Shown here piece after piece: positions 39,520-54,760 of a DNA stretch of 64,000 nt (the stretch's first letter is position 1; every line of letters begins with the position of its first letter). The stretch lies in assembly GCF_009914755.1 (NCBI RefSeq), contig NC_060938.1; one strand, 5' to 3'. This DNA is from the human T2T-CHM13v2.0 reference genome, Homo sapiens. Made by a program: the position numbers and the translations under genes. The notes beneath the pieces were generated by a model. The model was not told the origin of the DNA and did not search any database. It worked only from the letters and a program-made list of their open reading frames with translations.

Positions 39520-41474
39520 TGAATGGAATTATGATCCAGACAGCTGAGACGAGTTCATTTTAGACCCTTGTGGAATGGGCAATTTAAGGTCTCTGGAACA
39601 ATTCTCATCATTATAAATCATCAGCTGAGTCTTAAGAATCTGTCATCAGGGATTAATTTCTGTTACGATTTCTCTTAAAGGAGAATAAAGTGAAAATATT
39701 AATTGAGTAGAAGCAACTTAATGAGAACAGCTGAATTATATTTTTAAAAATATATAATGAAGAACATGACTTGCTTTCCTACTGAAAAAAATATTATTTA
39801 TAGATTCTAGGAGTTTCTGAAGAACTCTCAGAAAAAGTCAAAGAAAAATATCAAAATCTATCATATCCCAGTTCAGTTTAATTATAATAATATATGGATC
39901 TTATGGGCACAGATAAGAATACTACTCAGGCTCTCCAAAAAAGTAAACCTTTCTTTGTTCTGATTATTTAACTAAAAACAATTTGCTTATATTTAATTAG
40001 GGTAATATAATATACAATTGCAAAAGTACAGATTTTCAAACTGTTGGAGAGAAATGAAAAATATTAACAGTTAATTCTATAAAATAAATGTTCAAGTCAT
40101 ATCTGTTAACAACTACATAAAATATTACAAACCAGACAAATACTTCCTAGATTAGCAGTTGGCTCATGCTGAAAGAGAAAGTTCTCGTCCCCAAATCTGG
40201 TCCCAAAATGATGAGTAACTATAGGGTTTAAGTATTAATAAAATTAGACTGAAAACCAAGAAAATGGAAAATAGGTCATTGCCATTTTATCTCAGTCATT
40301 GTTGAAATAACAAGTTTAAAACTCAGTTTCTATATTCAGGTTTATATTTATAATAGAGTAAAATTAAAACACATATTAAAATAAAATGTGGCTAGCTAGA
40401 CGCTTTTCTAGGTCAAAAGCAGTTGCATTTTGGAGGCTGATGGTAGAACTAAGAACAGATCTGATTGCACATTGGGAGAGGAGGAGGAATGAGACATCAC
40501 TGGCTCTTTATGATTGCCATTGATCAAGCCTCTCTCTGTGTTAAAGAAACTGGAATGTGTCAGCATCTCCTCTCTGTCCATCCAAATTCTATCCACCTGT
40601 AAGGCTTGCCTCTACTCCTGCTTCCTCCAACATACTTTCCCTAATTATACCTGCTTATGAACCTTTTTGATTTCCAGACATTGCAATCTTTATTTAAGTG
40701 ATCAGTGTAGATAGAGATGTCTCTGTATTGTATGTCAGAAATGTAAACTACTAAGGGCAGGGCTCATTGCAGACACTTACAGTGTGTCCCTGTTTTGCTC
40801 CAACAGCAGGTCACTCTTGGTTGACTTATTACTTCTTTTACAAACCCTGAAGGAAGGGACAACCTTTCCTGTCACACTGTCAGTAGAGACCCATCTTCCC
40901 AGACCTTACATGTGATCCTTTCAGAGATGACTCATGGGATTGGGTTTCCACGTTTTCAGATTTCCCACTGCAAAAACAAAAATATTAATAATAAATACTA
41001 TTGAAAAAGTGGAAAGAAGGCTTTAGTAATAGTACTCAGAAATAGTCTGCTACTGTAAGTCAGAAAATACTCAATGACTTCTATGGAAAATGTGCAACTT
41101 AGATTTCTCAGAATGTGGCATTTTCTTTATTCCCTTTTCAGTCTGCGAATATTTTCTTCAGCCCTGACATAATTCTTGAAAACCAGCACCATCGAACACA
41201 GAGGGCATTGGATCAGAGCCTGACTCTATTTTTAAGATCAGTTCAATGGTAGCTTGGAACAGATCAGCAAATCAACACCTTTCAACCTGCTCAGCTCTTA
41301 TGTCTAGATGTAGCATTGCTCTTTTAAATCTTAAAAATAAAATGAAGGTTATGATGATCTCTGTATCTTCCTGGTGAGTTATGTCTCAGGCTCTCTAGAG
41401 ATGAGAAACTCCTTTAATTCAGCAAGAAAGTAAGTGGACAAAATTTAGCATGAAGGTGTGTATACATACAGAAA

Positions 41475-41720
41475 TAAGAATAGTTAATGTTTATTGAATG
41501 CTAACTTTGTGCCAAATGTTATGCTAAGCAATTTATTTATCACAACAACTCTAAAAGGTAGTTACTATTACATTGTTCTCTTTATAAATGAGTAAAATGA
41601 GGCACAGGCAGACTAAATTAAATTGACCACAGCAAGTCAGCCTTTAAAATGCAGAGAATGGGCTTAAATTCAGGATGACAGACTTTTTAGTCTGTGTAAT
41701 TTACTCAGAGACGGTGGCCG
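41475..41720 (-). mobile_element. MIR SINE
   Basis: tttattgaatgctaactttgtgcca...tttataaatgagtaaaatgaggcacag. Confidence 0.7.
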
Positions 41721-42739
41721 TGGATATATTTATAGACAAGTGATGAAGATATTAAAAGCGAATAATGATAAGTTAATATAAAAATAACAATGGTTGTTTG
41801 TCTGGAAAGGAGGCTTATACATGGCATCAAGTGTGCAAGGAATGATTTTTTTTTTCACGTGATTCTTTTTTACTCACTTAACCATGTTCATTGAGCACAT
41901 ATTATCGGCAAGGCAGACAATGGTGAACAAAATATACCTGGGCCCTGCTTCATGGTCATCTTCATAAAGCCTTATGTAAGGTTTCAAGGCCATGTTTTCT
42001 ATGATATTACAGGATCTTAAAGTTGGAAGGAAACTTACAGACCATTTCCTCCCTGCCTTTTTTCTCTTCTTTCCACACCTGCCTAATTTGTAGACTCAGC
42101 AATGTCTTTGGATTCGAAGGCAGAAAAAATATTGACCATTATCTCCTGTAGAATATGAGTGTTTTTCTTTTCTTAAAAAAGGGGTGCTTGTCCAGTCTTT
42201 ATGAAAATAATTTCCCAGAATAAGTGTCTTCCCAAGAATGGAGCAGTGAAATAAAGCCTGGAAATTCGAGTCAGATTTGAATTCTGATTGCCACATACTA
42301 TCAGTTTGATTTTAGGCATATGATAAGATCTCAGATTTTTTATCTGTAAAAAAAGAGTCAGTGATTATATGGACCCTATATAGTAGCTGAGAGAATTCAG
42401 TAAGACAGAAAAACCCCAGTTTACCTGAGACAATTCAAGTTTATACCTATTTTCTGAGGATAATTATTATTAGCACTCTTTACTAGCTAAAGTGACCCAC
42501 TTTGAAAAATGAAAAATGCTGTGTCCCTACTTAATGCAGCACTCTAAAAACTTTGGTTATTTTAATGGCAGCTCATTTCCCTTGGACAGCTATAACTATA
42601 TGTATCAGATTTATTCTTAATACAGAGGATAAAACTGAAAACTAAAATTGAAATTTATACAGTGCCATGTGTAACTCAATAAAGAAATATATTTTCTAAT
42701 TTTTGCAGTATCTTCTTATGTTAGCCCTTCAAGTGTTTA

Positions 42740-43330
42740 TAACTCCTCAATTTTTATCTTTGCCAAACTAAATATTCTCAGTATTTCCAATCTTTTTCCA
42801 TTTGAGGTGGCTTCCAGTGCCAAGACCATTTTGGTAATTCTCTTTTGAACAGACCCCAGGTTATAATGTTACTCTTAAAATGTAGTGACTATGTCTTAAG
42901 TCCAGATGTCTTCTATTCAGTTAATGCAACATTCAAAGGGATCATTGGTGCCCTTTACCTAGGCCCTACCCATGCATTAATTGATCATATCAGTGCAATT
43001 ATCAGTGCTTGACTGTGTTAGCTTCATGGAACTTTCAGCCAGCTAAATTTCTGGGTCTTTTTCAGCAGAAATATTAAGACAGTCACCTCTGCTCTCTACT
43101 TCTGCAACTTCAGTAAGTTCTAAACTCCACAAGATTCCTCCCTTCACCAAGATGGAGACTAGATTTAATAAACACCAATGCTTACCCATGCTCATCAAAA
43201 TCGTTCATGAAATTTTAGAGTCAAATGCTAGAGCTTCCCTCTAATCTATCATTGGTGTGCTAATTAATGTGCTTTATAAACAGTTGATGACAGATTAGAT
43301 GTATGCTATAGATAAATCCTCTATTGATCT
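42740..43330 (-). mobile_element. CR1/L3 LINE fragment
   Basis: ccaaactaaatattctcagt...ctcttaaaatgtagtg...tccagatg matches antisense L3. Confidence 0.55.
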
Positions 43331-44204
43331 TGAACATATATTAAAATTATGCTATCCTTATTTATACATTTTTAGTATTGATTATAAAATTAATAGATCA
43401 TTCAACAATTGTTGGTAAGGGAACATATGACTTTGGGATCTAATTCAAATTTATCCACATAATAAGTGTGTGACTTTGGACAGACCACTTAATCTAAATC
43501 TCATTAATTTCTTTTTTGAAATGTGGAGGTAATTATATATGAGATAGTGCATAGATAATATTGAGCACAATACCTAGCACATTGTTAACAATTAATAGTT
43601 GATAATTATTATTGTTGCTGTTAGTATTATTGGTATTATGTTTAGAGCTGGAGGCAACCTTGGAATTAAGCTTTTTAGAGGCCTTAATTTTATAGAACAA
43701 CAAACAGAATTTAAGAGAAATGAAGATATTTACCTAAGGATTCATGTTGTTGGGATTTGTTGGGTTTATAAGAGAAAATTAAATTTATATTCACTGTCTT
43801 CACTTCTCAACCCATTTAGCCATCCATTATCTGCAATCTGAAAGTCATCATCAAGATTATTCTATACTTTTTCTTTTGAAATAGTTTCCCTAACTTGCAT
43901 GTGAGAGATCCAAAGACCTTCTCTCTTTTTGCAATTTCTTTGCTCCACTTGACATTGCTGAACCCCTCCACTGTTTAAAACTTTCTTTTTTTGATTTCCA
44001 TGGCAGTAGTCTCAGCTCACTACTTTCATCCTTGTCTGTTTCAATTTTCTGTATTTGTTTTTCTTCCTGTAGCAAATACAGTGCTACATTCAACTCTCTT
44101 CTTGTATTGGCTATTACTCTCATCACAAGTTATCTGATTTATTTTCATGATGCATTAACAATCTTTAGTTATTCATAGGTTCGTTTTTTTAACGCTGGTT
44201 TCTT

Positions 44205-44618
44205 GTGTCAGAAATATATTTTGTACACGGAGAATCCATGTGCTTATCTGACATTTGTCAGCCTTCTTTCAGCTAGGCAAGACCATGTTACTACTTCTGG
44301 CCATTGGGCTGTAAGTTGAAGTTACATATTTCATCCATGAAACAAAGCACAACCAAAAACATGGGCACTCAATATTGTCTCATTCCTTGACGCAAGAATA
44401 TTAGACAATTTGTGTTTTAATAGTCAAGCTATATGATACTGGATTTGTCATCAGTTCAAGTCCTTGAACCTCTGGACAGAGAAGATTACTTTAGTGACCT
44501 TTGTTGGATATGTTAGAAATGAAAAGTGAGTAAGAAATAAACATTTATTATGTAAAATCACTGAAGCTTAAGGGTTATTTCTTTTGTCGGCATAAACTGG
44601 CTTATCTTAATGCAAATA
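44205..44618 (+). mobile_element. Old MLT1 (I/J-like) LTR embedded in L2 remnants
   Basis: ccatgttactacttctggccattggg...gagtaagaaataaacatttattatg..cactga. Confidence 0.6.
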
Positions 44619-46205
44619 CCTCTCAGTATAGTTTATGACCTTTGTTTCCAACAATGTGTTAGAGATTTCTATGAGGATAGTCATTAAAAATGACCATATC
44701 CAAAAAATATCTACTAAAATATGTTCTTATCTGAATATTTCTAATTATTTAGCATGTTCTGTCCTTTCTTCTGCAAAATATCGATGATTTCCCTTGTGTA
44801 TCATTGCCTCTCCCATCATGCTACTTCATATTGTAATCATCTCCAATGTTGGTAATGACCTGGGTTTGCTATGTCTGGTATTTTCCATTCCAAAGCACTC
44901 TCTCTCTCTCTAAGACACTTTCCCTTCTTCAAATATAGTTGTTTACATATTTCATTCATAGACCATGAATATTTACATATATTCATAGTCTACAGTAAGA
45001 AGTTATTCAATCTGCATACACATCTCTTTTCTGTTCCATTTAATAAAACTCCACTTACAGACACAATAACTTCATCATATTGGATGTTTACAAAACATTT
45101 ATATTTTATACCTCAGTTTATTTTTTATGATAGTTTGTTTTACCTAAAGATACTTTTCATTGTTTATGTGGTAAAATCATCCTGGTCTTTCAGTTTCAAT
45201 GCAAATTCTGGTTGATGATTCATGGAACTTGGATTATGGGAAAATTAATTTTGGCCAAGGATATTGGGGAAGCCTTCAAAGAAGAAGCAATACTTATTAC
45301 AACCCTTTTTGCAAGCAATATAACTTGTATTGCATTACAGTTATCAATGTATATTTTATCTACTTTTTATCTATCATCTATCTATCTATCTTCATTATCT
45401 CAACTTGATTATATAATGATTGAGGAAACAATCTTATCATTTTCATCTTTATGTCTCTTTCACTCCCAGTGTTTCTAGAAGCATGCCTTTAAACAAATAT
45501 TTTATAATTGTTGTCTGAACTGAAGACTGAATCTCTTTTATTCTATCCACATCTCTATTTGCTTTGCCAACAGCTCCCTGAACATCTACTTAATGAGTCT
45601 TTCAAGAATCCTTAAAATACTGATAATGAGATTACAGGTTTATAAGGCCCACAATTAATCTCTTACTACATTATTAAAATTTGGTATATTTGCTTACCTC
45701 TGACATTTGATAATGTCTTGAAATATTGACAATGTATTAGTAATCCTAGCCACAAATTACTTAATATATAATTGGCCCTTGAAACTTGAACTCATTAAAG
45801 TACCTGTTGCTGTCTTACAAACATTTTTCTAATCCTGTGATTAACTAAGTATTTGATTTACCTTTTTCATTATAGGAAGCGTTTTCATCAAAGAAAAAGA
45901 TAGAAAATACAAAGATAAGTAGCGCTGCCTTCTCTGTCCACTCCTTTTATTCTTTGCATGCCCTCAAAACAATAAGCAATGCATCCCTTCATATCATTAA
46001 TTTGTCTTCTCTTTCTCTCTATCTCTATTTCTTTCACTCATTCCCTCTCTCTCTTCAAACTACTTACATACTTTTGACATTGGTCCATAAAGGGTTCACA
46101 GCTTCAGCCCTTCACATACGCATGTATGTCCATGAGGCATAACACATAATGGTTTTATCCTTCCCCCAAACAGGTAACTCATCATCTAGTCTAATAAATA
46201 AAACA

Positions 46206-46590
<385 letters not shown>

Positions 46591-49500
46591 TCAAAATTTC
46601 TAGTTGATTTTTTCTAAGACCGTATTTATGAATAGTATTTTGTTATGTGCATTCACTGTATGTGTATAATCATCTCAAACTAATTGCAATTTAAATTATT
46701 TACAAAACTTTGCTATTTTAAATATTTTGGTAGAGAAGCGAAACCCATTTTTGTTCAATTATGTTTACTGCATTGCTATTAAGATAAATTCCCAGAAGTA
46801 GACTTTTTGAATCTAAGTGTATACCAGTTTAATTGTAGGTATATACTGCCAATTTGTCAATCAGAAAGAATGAAACTATTAATTCTTATTCTATGTTGGT
46901 CTGTTTCCCACTTTGCTACCCATGGGTACTATTTTAGCATTTGTCACTTTGATAGAGAAAAATATCAATTTTTTTAATACTTTGGTCATTAATATTTATG
47001 TTTTTAGATTACAAGGTATTTGTATTTATATGAACTAACTATTCATATTCTGTGCCTATTGATCATTAGTATATTGGTGTTTTAAAATGATGTATAGTAA
47101 TTATTCATAATAATTAAAGAATATTTTGTGTGTGTTTATTACATGTGTTGTAAATATTTTTCCTAAATTTTACCTGCCTCTAAAATGATGTAAAGATTCT
47201 GTAAAATGTACTCTTAACATAATGACTAAATAACTTTTAAAAATATTCAAACTTCAATCAAATAAACATTATAATAAGAATTGCAAGATTTCTGGCCTAA
47301 GTACCATTCTAGCAAAGGTTACTTCATCTCAATTATATAAAAATATTTTTAAATATTTAATTAGATTATATTTATTAATTTAGCTTTACATGGAAATCTT
47401 TAATATAGCCAGAAAACATTATTATGAATGGTACATTGCAGTCTACATTGGTAAAAGCTTTAAAATATTCAGAAATATTCATATAAACATCTATATCATT
47501 CTGAAAAATAAATTCAATAAATTTTTTTGGTGGCTGATATGATAATTCAGTTTTCCTCTTTTTAATTTTACAAAACATAATGTTTACTAAGACGTTTTCA
47601 AATATCAAAATATTTTCTCAATCTTAAACTCTCTGTTTACCAGAGTATATTATTTAATAAACTCCTATGTTTGAATTTTTCTGATATTTTACACAGAATT
47701 TTCCATCTTATTCCTAAGTGATAACTGCTTATGACTCTGGTTTCCAGGCCACACTCCAAAGTCTCCCGGTGTTGTTCAATGAAAGCAGCACATGATCCAA
47801 AGCAGGAGGAGTGATTAGTATTGAGCACAAAGCAGTCTGGGCCCTGGTGCCACTACCCTTCTATGCAGTGCTCTTCTGTATATCAAATATGTGGATACAT
47901 AGGATAAAATATAATTGTAATGGTATACCTAATTATATAAATAAATTATATAACTCATAATTTATTGTATATTTTATAATTACATATTATATAAATAATA
48001 CATAATATCAATAGTCATCACAGTAAAAGATCAGTGTGGAGTAAAGGTGTTAGCATCTGAGAAGGTGGAGAAGAAATGCAGATGTATATTGATAAAATTT
48101 CCACAAAAGATCTGGGTTATTGGCTCTTGTTGCTCAATGAGAAAACCTTAGATACACACATCTAACATACACACAGCTATACCGCCGGTAGCTAAATCAA
48201 GATATCAAGATTTAAACCAGGTCTTGTGATACAAGTTGGGGTTTTCTTTGTTCTACATTATTTAATTTTACTACTTTTACCAATATTCAGAGTAGAATTT
48301 CTGTCTGTACAAAAATGTTTGTTCGTCTGTGTGTGTGTGTGATGATATTATATATTTGTGTTAAAAAGCTGTACTTTTCCATAAAAGAGCTAAAACTTGG
48401 TGGAGTCAACAGAATTCTAAAAGTTAAGGTTGACTTTAAACTTTCTTTTTATTCTTCTGGTATTGCTAAATACATAGGAAGACTTAGAAACTTGGGCTCC
48501 ATTGTTTTTTTTTTTATTATTTTATTGTATGGGTAGTGTTTCCACCTAAAAGCTTTCCAAGTATCCTAGAGATGTCCTTCAGAGCCTATAGTTAATGTAA
48601 AATGTGTAATGGTTATACGGTTGTCCTAAGCTAACATATTGTGTCCTTCATTTTGATATCACACTCAAAAGCTCTTTTCTTCCATCAGCTCACTTCTCTG
48701 ACATTCAATGTCTTCTAATGGATGCTGCATTTGTACATATCTCAGACTGCAAGATTGGCTCCTCCTGTGTTGGCTGTGGGAACATTTTTTTGGTTCCCCC
48801 TCACAGCACTTGTATGGCAGCAAGTAATAGCTTTCATCCAATAATGCTATAAAGTTTGCAATGGTTCACCTAATTGCACAATTAGGCACACTCAAGTTGG
48901 CAGTTTATTTCTTAACATACACTTTCCCCGAACTACCATAGTAAACTGTAGAGGAAAATGCCAGTCAGCTAAAGGTCTGGAAATTCAACTGCCAAATGCC
49001 AAGGTTCTTATGCCAAGACATTCAGCCAACCCTAAGCAAAACTTGGCTTTCAATCCTGGTCCGGGGAGGGAATCACGAAACGCGCCCGAAGTATTTACAG
49101 GCTAGACAGGTTTTCTGTTGAAACATATTCATAAAGTGGTCGTTAAAGTGATAAAATACAAACCAAAAATGATTTTTCCTTTGGAATTCCCTATGTCAAA
49201 GGGACGTTTTCATCCGGTGTGGCTGACTGTTGTTCTGTCATGACCAAAAATAAATGCACATAAAAGAGTAACAAAGGGGCAAACATCACTAGGGAGAAAT
49301 TTATCTGGAGCCTCTCATTGCAGAGTTACTGTTCCTCTTGAGTCAAAGATATTGCCTTTTCTCTTCATTTTCTAGCATTACTGATCACACAACCTCTGGC
49401 TTAAGCTAACTTTAACTAAAATAACAGTGTGATTACCTGTATGCTAGAAATAAAATTAAAAAATTATTGAAATATTCTATGCCCAGCCATGACAATTATT

Positions 49501-50951
49501 AGCAGGTTTATTTTACCCTTGAGGAAAAAGTAACCAAATTAACCTAAGTAATGTCTGGGAAATTATTCATATCTGAGTATTTCTTTGTTCCGGATATTCT
49601 TTGCATTCTTCAATAACTTCTTCCATTCTTTGTTGGGTTGAAGCTGACTTCGAAGAAAAGTCAAAATTCAGTCTTGCACACCAAATTCAAAACCATATTG
49701 AAAACAAATGTGACCATGTACTAGAATAACAGCCCAGTGTTATTTTTTCCATATGCATTTTCCTCTCTAATTTTCCCCTATTCTTCTATCCCTAAAGCCT
49801 GAAGTTTGCCTTGTCTGACTTTATTAAGCATATAAAAAGACTGCCTGGGTTTTGTGAAATGAAAATTTAAGCAAGTTGCACAGGTGGCTGAGGAGATGCC
49901 AGAAACATAACAGCATAGGGCTCGTCCAAACATTAGAAGAATTGACTTCTGTGACACAAAACCTTCTAAGAAATATCCGCATTTCCCTTTAGAAAACATT
50001 TAGTAACGCATATGTAATATGTAAAAATAATGTATTTTCTCTGTTCATTTAAAGTATCATCAGATATTGGGTTGTAAGGAAATTATGAAGAGGCTATTTG
50101 AGAATCAATGCCCAATTTCCCTGTTTTGATCTCCCAACATCCATAAGATCTCTCACAGCCCACTCTGCCAGCCACCTGACCCCCAAGTTTTACAGAAGTG
50201 TTCCTGTTCTCACATGGCTTTGAATCCTAAGTGAGGTGTAAATTAGTCTTTGCTAACCATTGTGCTGATCTTTAAGAGATGTGTGCATGATATTTAATAA
50301 TAAGTTACTTTTGATGTCTGTGAAAAACTTAAAAGGGCCAAGGGAATGAACATTGAGTAATCCACATGAAGCAGGCTTTATTAATCTGTGGTTACAAAAT
50401 AATGGTGTCTCTGAATTTTCTGAGTGACCTCATTTTTGTCCTTAAGGCTACGCCTTGAAAATTGTTAGAAATTAAATTTTTTTGAAGTGTCTTGCAATTC
50501 TTTTTGGATGTTCCTCACTTGCTCCCACAAACTAGCCCATCAACTGAAAACCAACTTCGGCATCCAGTCTATTCTTCCTCATTTCCTGAATCTGCTTGGT
50601 CCACTCCCTGCTCAAGAATATCCATGCCAAAGGTACCTGTCCAGGTGCTTTGACCAAGTCCTGTCCTGAGCCTGGAAAAATATTTTTACATTAAAACCAC
50701 TCAAACAAAGGCTATAAATTTCTTATGCAAATGTATTTATTTTGCTTATATAAAAAGTAGAAAGTTCACTGAAAATAAACATGCCAAACCCATGAGATTG
50801 GTTTAAGTCAACAAGTGGGAGAGGAGAGAGTGTCTAAGGGTTGCAGACAAAGAGAACATTCACTTTATCTCTGGTGTTTCATTTATTACACTAACACTAG
50901 TAGTGACAGCTTTAAACTAATATGCCTAAATGTTAAGAGTAGTTACTCTCA

Positions 50952-52214
50952 AGGACACAACAAGAACAGACTACAGGCCAATATCCCTGATGAACATAGA
51001 TACAAAAATACTCAACAGAATATCAACAAACTGAATTCAGCAGCACATTAAGATCATTCACCATGATCAAGTGTAATTCATCACAGGGATGCAAGTATTG
51101 TTCAGAATAGGCTAATCAATAGATGTGATGTATCACATTAATAGGATGAAGGACAAAAAAACTATATGACTTTTTTCAATAGATGTAAAAATGTTATTTG
51201 AGAAAATTAAATGTTCTTTCATGATAAAACTCTCAACAAATTAGGTATAGAAGGAATGTACCTCGATATAATAAAGGCTGTATATAACAAATCCACAGCT
51301 AGTATCATACTGAAGGAATCTTTTCCTCTAAGATATGAAAAAGAAAAGGAGGCCCATTTTCATCACTTCTATTCAATATAGCACTGGACGCCCTAGCCAG
51401 AGTAATTACGTAAGATAAATAAATACAAAGGCACCCACTATGAAAAGGAACAAGTTAAATTGTCTCTTTCTTCAGATGATATGTTCTTACATGAGGAAAC
51501 CCCTGAAGACTCCATTAAAAACCTGTTAGAGCTAATAAATAAATTCAGTAAAGTTGCAGGATGAAAATCAACATACAAAAATCAGTAGCAATTGTACATA
51601 TTAATAGCAAACTATTTGAAAAAAAAATCAAGAAAACAATCCCACTTACAATAGCTTTAAAAAAAATGAAGTACCTATTAATAAATTTAACCAAGGGTGT
51701 AAAACATCTCTATGCTGAAAACTATGATAAATTCATGACAAAATTGAAGACATAAATAAATGAAAAGATATTTCATGTATACACTTTGTAAGAATTAATA
51801 TTATTGTGATAGCCATATTACTCAAATAAACCTACAGATTCAATTCAATCCTTATCAAAATTCCATGACTTTCTTCACAAAAATGGAAAAACACAATCTA
51901 AAAATTCATGTAGAACCACAAAAGCCCTTGACTAGCCAAGGAAATTTTGAGCGAAAAGAACAAAGCTGGAGGCATCACATAAACCAACTTCAAAATATCC
52001 AATAAAGCTATAGTGATCAAAGCAACATGGTCCTGGCATAAAAATAGACGGATAGATTAATGAAACGGAATAGAGAACATTGAAATAAAACCACATACTT
52101 ACAGCCAGCCAATCTTCCACGAAGGTGCCAAGAACACATGATAAAGAAGGCACATTCTTTGCAATGAATGGTGCTAGAAAAACTAGATATCCTCATGTAG
52201 AAGAACGAAACTAG
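50952..52214 (+). mobile_element. L1M(A)-type LINE-1 ORF2 reverse-transcriptase-region fragment, truncated at both ends
   Basis: actacaggccaatatccctgatgaacatagat (YRPISLMNID); ORF 51561-51755 KINIQKSVA...KYLLINLTK; multiple stops and frameshifts. Confidence 0.9.
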
Positions 52215-54760
52215 TAGTAATTGTGTTATAAATTTGGCTGTTCCAGTGGTAGGTGCATATATATTTAAAATTGTGATATTTTCTTGTTGGACTAGTCCTT
52301 GTATCATTATACAATGTCTCTCTTTGTGTTTTTTAACTGCTGTTGTGTTAAAGTTTTTTTTGCCTGATATAAGAATAGCTACTCCTGCTCACTTTTGGTG
52401 TCCAATTGCAGGGAATATCTTTATCCACCCCTTTACCTTAAGTTTATTTGAGCCCTTGTGTGTTAGATGCATCTCCGGAAAACAGCAGAAACTTAGTTGG
52501 TGAATTCTTATCCATTCTTCCATTCTGTTTCTTTCAACTGGAACATTTAGGTCATTTACGTTTAATATTAATATTGAGATGTCAGGTAGTATTTTATTCA
52601 TTGTGCTATTTGTTGCCTGAATATCTTTTTTAATTGTGTTTTTGTTATATGGGTCCTGTGAGATTTATGCTTTAAGGAGGTTCTACTTTGGTGTATTTTG
52701 AGGATTTCTTTCAAGCTTTAAAGCTCCATTTAGCAGTTCTTGTAGTGCTGGCTTGATTGTGGTGAATTCTCTCAGTGTTTCTTTGTCTGGAAAAGACTGT
52801 ATCTTTCCTTCATTTATGAAGCTTGGTTTCATTGGATAAAGAATTCTTGGCTGATAATTGTTTTGTTTAAGGAGGCTAAAAATAGAGCCCCAATTCCTTC
52901 TAGCTTGTGGAGTTTCTGCTGAGAAATCTGCTGTCAATCTGATAGGTTTTCCCTTACAGGTCACCTGATGCTTTTGCCTCACAGCTCTTGAGATTCTTTT
53001 CTTCAGGTTGACTTTAGATAAACTGATGACTATGTGCCTATGTGATGATCTTTTTGCAATGAATTTCCCAGGTGTTCTTAGAGCTTCTTGTATTTGGATG
53101 TCTCAATCTCTAGCAAGACTGGGGAAGTGTTCCTCTATTATTCCCTCAAATATGTTTCTCAAACTTTTAGTTTTCTCTTCTTCCTCAGGAACATCAATTT
53201 TTCCTAGATTTGAATGTTTAACATAGTCCCAAACTTCTTGCAGGCTTTGCTTATTTGTTAAAATTCTTTTTTCTTTGTCTTTGACAGATTGGATTAATTT
53301 GAAAGCCTTGTCCTTGAGCTCTGAAATTCTTTCTTCTGCTTGTTCAATGCCATTGATGAGATTTTCCAGTGCAGTTTGCATTTCTCCAAGTGTATCCTTG
53401 ATTTCCAGAAGTTGTGATTTTTTTTTAATGCTATCTATTTTACTGAAGAATTTTCTTTCATATCCTGTATCATGTTTTTGATTTCTTTAAGTCGGACTTT
53501 ACCTTTCTCTAGTGTCTCCTTGATTAGCTTAATAATCAACCTTCTGAATTCTTTTTCTGGCAATTCAAAACCAATAAAGAGATTTTATCTTGCTTTAAAT
53601 TAATTGCTGGTGAGCTGTTATGATCTTTTAGGGGTGTTAAACAACCTGGTTTTGTCATATTACCAGAATCGTTTTTCTGGTTCCTTTTCATTTGGGTAGA
53701 CTATGTCAGAGGGAAGATCTAGGATTCAAGGGCTGCTGTTCAGATTCTTTTGTCCCAGGAGGTACTCCCTTGATGTGGTGTTCTCTGGCTTCCCCTAAGA
53801 ATGGAGTTTCCTGAGAGCTTCCCCCAGGAATGGGGTTTCCTGTGGTGATTGTTTTTGCTCTTCTGAGTCAAACCACCCAGCAGAGCTACCAGGCTCTGGG
53901 CTGGTACTGGGGAATGTCTGCAAAGAGTCCTGTGATATGATCCATCTTGAGGTCTTGCAGTCGTTGACACCAGTACCTGCTCCAGGGGAGGTAGCAGGAG
54001 GATAAAGTAGACTCTGTGAGGGTCCTTGATTGTGTTTTTGTTTAGTGTGCTGGTTTTGTGTTGGTTGGCCTTTAGCCAGGAGGTGGCATGTTCCTATAGG
54101 GAGGATTCAAGTTTGCCCTAGGGACACTTGGTTAAGTATTCAGGTTTTTCAGGGTAGGCAGGGCCACAGAGCTCCCAAGAGATTATGATCTTTGTCTTTG
54201 GCTGCCAGAGCAGGTCGAGAAAGACCACCAGGTGGGTGCAGGCAGACATATCTGAGCTCAGCCTCTCCTTAGGTGGGGTTTGCTGAGCTGCTCTGGGGGT
54301 GGGGGTGTGGTTCCCAGGCTAATGAATTTATGTTCCCAGGGGGATTATGTCTGCCTCTACTGAGAGATATAGGTCACCAGGGAAGTGGGGGAAAGCCGGC
54401 AGTCACAGCTCTCATCCCCCTTCTATGTAGCCCACAGTCTTAAAGGCCGGTCTCACTCTTACCATGCCCCGTCAACAGCACTGAGTCTATTTCCAGACAG
54501 CTGGTGACCAGGGCTGAGAACTTGCCCCATACCATGAGCCTCCCCATTGAGAAAGCAAGCAGACTCACAGCGTTTCAGCATCTCAGAGAGCCTGCAGCAG
54601 TGATGTAGTTCCTTCAAAGGGTCTGTGGATTCTCTCAACTTTCCTGGTGTGTTGCTGTAGTAGTTCTTGGAGCAAAAGTTTATGATGTGAGTCTCCACAC
54701 ACTGTTCTGTCCATCCGAGTGGGAGCTGCATGCTAGTCCTGCCTCCTATCTTCCATCTTC
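52211..54760 (-). mobile_element. L1PB/L1PBa-type LINE-1 5' part (5'UTR, ORF1, start of the ORF2 endonuclease)
   Basis: ORF1 remnants (LQEVWDYVK..., KGKPIRLTADFSAET...), endonuclease N-terminus (ISILILNVNDLN..., QQENITILNIYAP), and the 5' end gaagatggaagataggaggcaggactag on the minus strand. Confidence 0.92.

Noticed and set aside
51561-53381. L1 ORF1/ORF2 peptide fragments as functional CDS
   Set aside because: The homology is real, but the frames are broken by stops, frameshifts and truncation; they are recorded as mobile-element fossils.
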